This document shows positions 1 through 64,000 of a stretch of 64,000 nucleotides of DNA, one piece after another (the stretch's first letter is position 1; the number at the start of each line of letters is the position of its first letter). The DNA is taken from positions 85,250,001-85,314,000 of the forward strand of contig NC_043000.1 of NCBI RefSeq assembly GCF_006345805.1, written 5' to 3'. A program made the translations under genes and the position numbers. The notes under the pieces are model-generated. The model was not told the origin of the DNA. It was given only the letters and a program-made list of their open reading frames with translations, and did no database searches. Origin of the DNA: Octopus sinensis (lineage: Eukaryota).

Positions 1-644
1 CGGCAGAAAAATATTTTATGTGTGCGTCTCCCAGGAGTAATTCCCCTTGCAATGGTTAATCATATTTCTCTTAAAAGCTTTTTCAAAATTTATTTCCAAG
101 GGCTATTTTCATATAAGTAGTGTAACCGGGTGCAGGTATTATTTATAAGCGTTATTTATAAGCAAGATAAGTATAACGCCGCCAATGGGGGCATCGAAAA
201 GCCGACTGTAAAAGTCCGTTTACCATCCGGTCTCTGGCAAACAATATATGGAAGAGTTCGGAGACACAAAGGTTGCACGCTTATAAATAATACCTGCACC
301 CGGAATGTGGATGGTTAATCAAATTAATACGTTTGTCAATGTTATCTAGTAATTGTCTTTTGAGATATAACATCGATCATCATTTGTTACTGAAAGAACA
401 CTAGCTCACACATACAATCAACCACATACTTCCTTTGTACATGCACATACATACATATACTCACAGTGTTGAAATATTGATTTGTTTTTTCACCCTTGCC
501 TTCTTTATTCATCTATCACCCCTTCCTTTCTCATGTTGTGATGGAGAAAGACACAAGAGTATTATTATAGTAGATTATTGAAAGCCTTTGAAGTTTATGA
601 AAGTTAGCTTTTTTAATTCCCTTTTCTTTTTATATATTAAATAG

Positions 645-62876
<62,232 letters not shown>

Positions 62877-64000
62877 GTAAGTATATTTCAGTGTATTTCA
62901 AATTTATTTCTATTCCTCTCTTCACCACCCTTATTATAGAGTAAAGATGTTGAGAAATACAAAGAGCCATACTAAATGCCTTGTGAAATTTATTTGCATG
63001 TCTGTGTTAAATCATTATTCCATTTTATCTAAGCTTTATTAGCAAACTGGCCATTTTCAAAATTATGATGTAAAAGAATTCTTTGTATGCACTAAACCCA
63101 TGAACCTTAAAATTACTCTAGACTCGAAACTTTGAGGAATACCTGATCCCCATTTATTTCATTTATCAGTCACACTCCTTTTTTATTAATGCAGAAGCTT
63201 CTAAGGAATCACCCAACCTGCTAAAAATAGCAGCCAGCTTCCCTGAAAGAAGAAAGTGTCTTAACCTCTTTGTTGCAATATATTTCAACAGAAATATGGT
63301 CTTTGCTTCCATCAATTTTCAAAATGGAGAACTTAATAAACTTTCATTATTAAGCTGTTGTTTGAAACAAATAAAATTATGATGAAAGGTTTTAATTTGG
63401 ATAATTTTTAAACAGGAAGTTTGTATCATAGAACCTGAGGCAGTTTCAAGCAAAAGAAGTTTAAAAAAAATAAAAACCGACTTTAGGGTAATGTAGTTCA
63501 TCGAATGGCATTCATCATAAATCTTGTGAATTAAAGTTTAGCTGGTGCTAAACAATAAGTAATATTGATTATATCACCCCCTAAAACGATGTAAAGATGA
63601 GTTCAGTTTTGAACTCATCTTTACACCATTTTCACATCAGTTTTGAGGCTCTGCAAGACAGTTTGTCTGTCATGCTGCTATTTCTGCTCCCATCAAATTC
63701 ATATGAATTCACTTTGCCAGTTAGTTTAAAGAATACAAACTCTGCTGTGCTGCTAAAACTATAGCAAAATCATTGTCTTTTAAGTGTTTTTGTTCAATGC
63801 TTGTAATTTCAAAATCATTTAACTTCAAATTTAATCTAGTATTCTTTACATACAATTTATTTGTTCTATGATGCATCATTTTGCTCAAATCCACGCTTTC
63901 TTTTTTTTTTTAAATTTAATAATGAAATTATTGTATACAGTGCTCAGGTGCACCACAACTTGTCAGAAAGTGCATATAAAGTACATGCAGTAATGTAGAA

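Overview
AT-rich eukaryotic genomic DNA, dense in microsatellites and SINEs. The repeat families suggest an octopus or other coleoid cephalopod (inference). The whole window lies inside one + strand gene, a type III (DN-cadherin/neural-cadherin-like) non-chordate classical cadherin. I traced 24 GT-AG exons (645-62876; 5662 coding nt, about 1887 aa) that splice into one open frame with matching phases at every junction. They encode about 11 cadherin repeats, the NC domain, EGF-LamG-EGF-LamG-EGF-EGF and the start of the TM helix; the N-terminus and cytoplasmic tail are outside the window. Introns hold four mariner copies, a piggyBac relic with its derived ~200-230 bp MITE family, RTE fragments, tRNA-derived SINEs and Penelope-like (PLE) relics with hammerhead ribozyme (HHR) motifs. 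Highlights: (1) a non-coding 510-bp-unit, retrozyme-like insertion with an intact minimal type I hammerhead and a 273-bp inverted duplication (54686-55529); (2) a CpG-rich, frame-preserving 42-nt candidate cassette microexon adding a polybasic peptide inside an EGF module (58926-58967); (3) Asn instead of Gly at the NC-domain cleavage motif, encoded by an A-to-I editable AAT; (4) a tRNA-headed, HHR-tailed SINE. There is one 100-N assembly gap.
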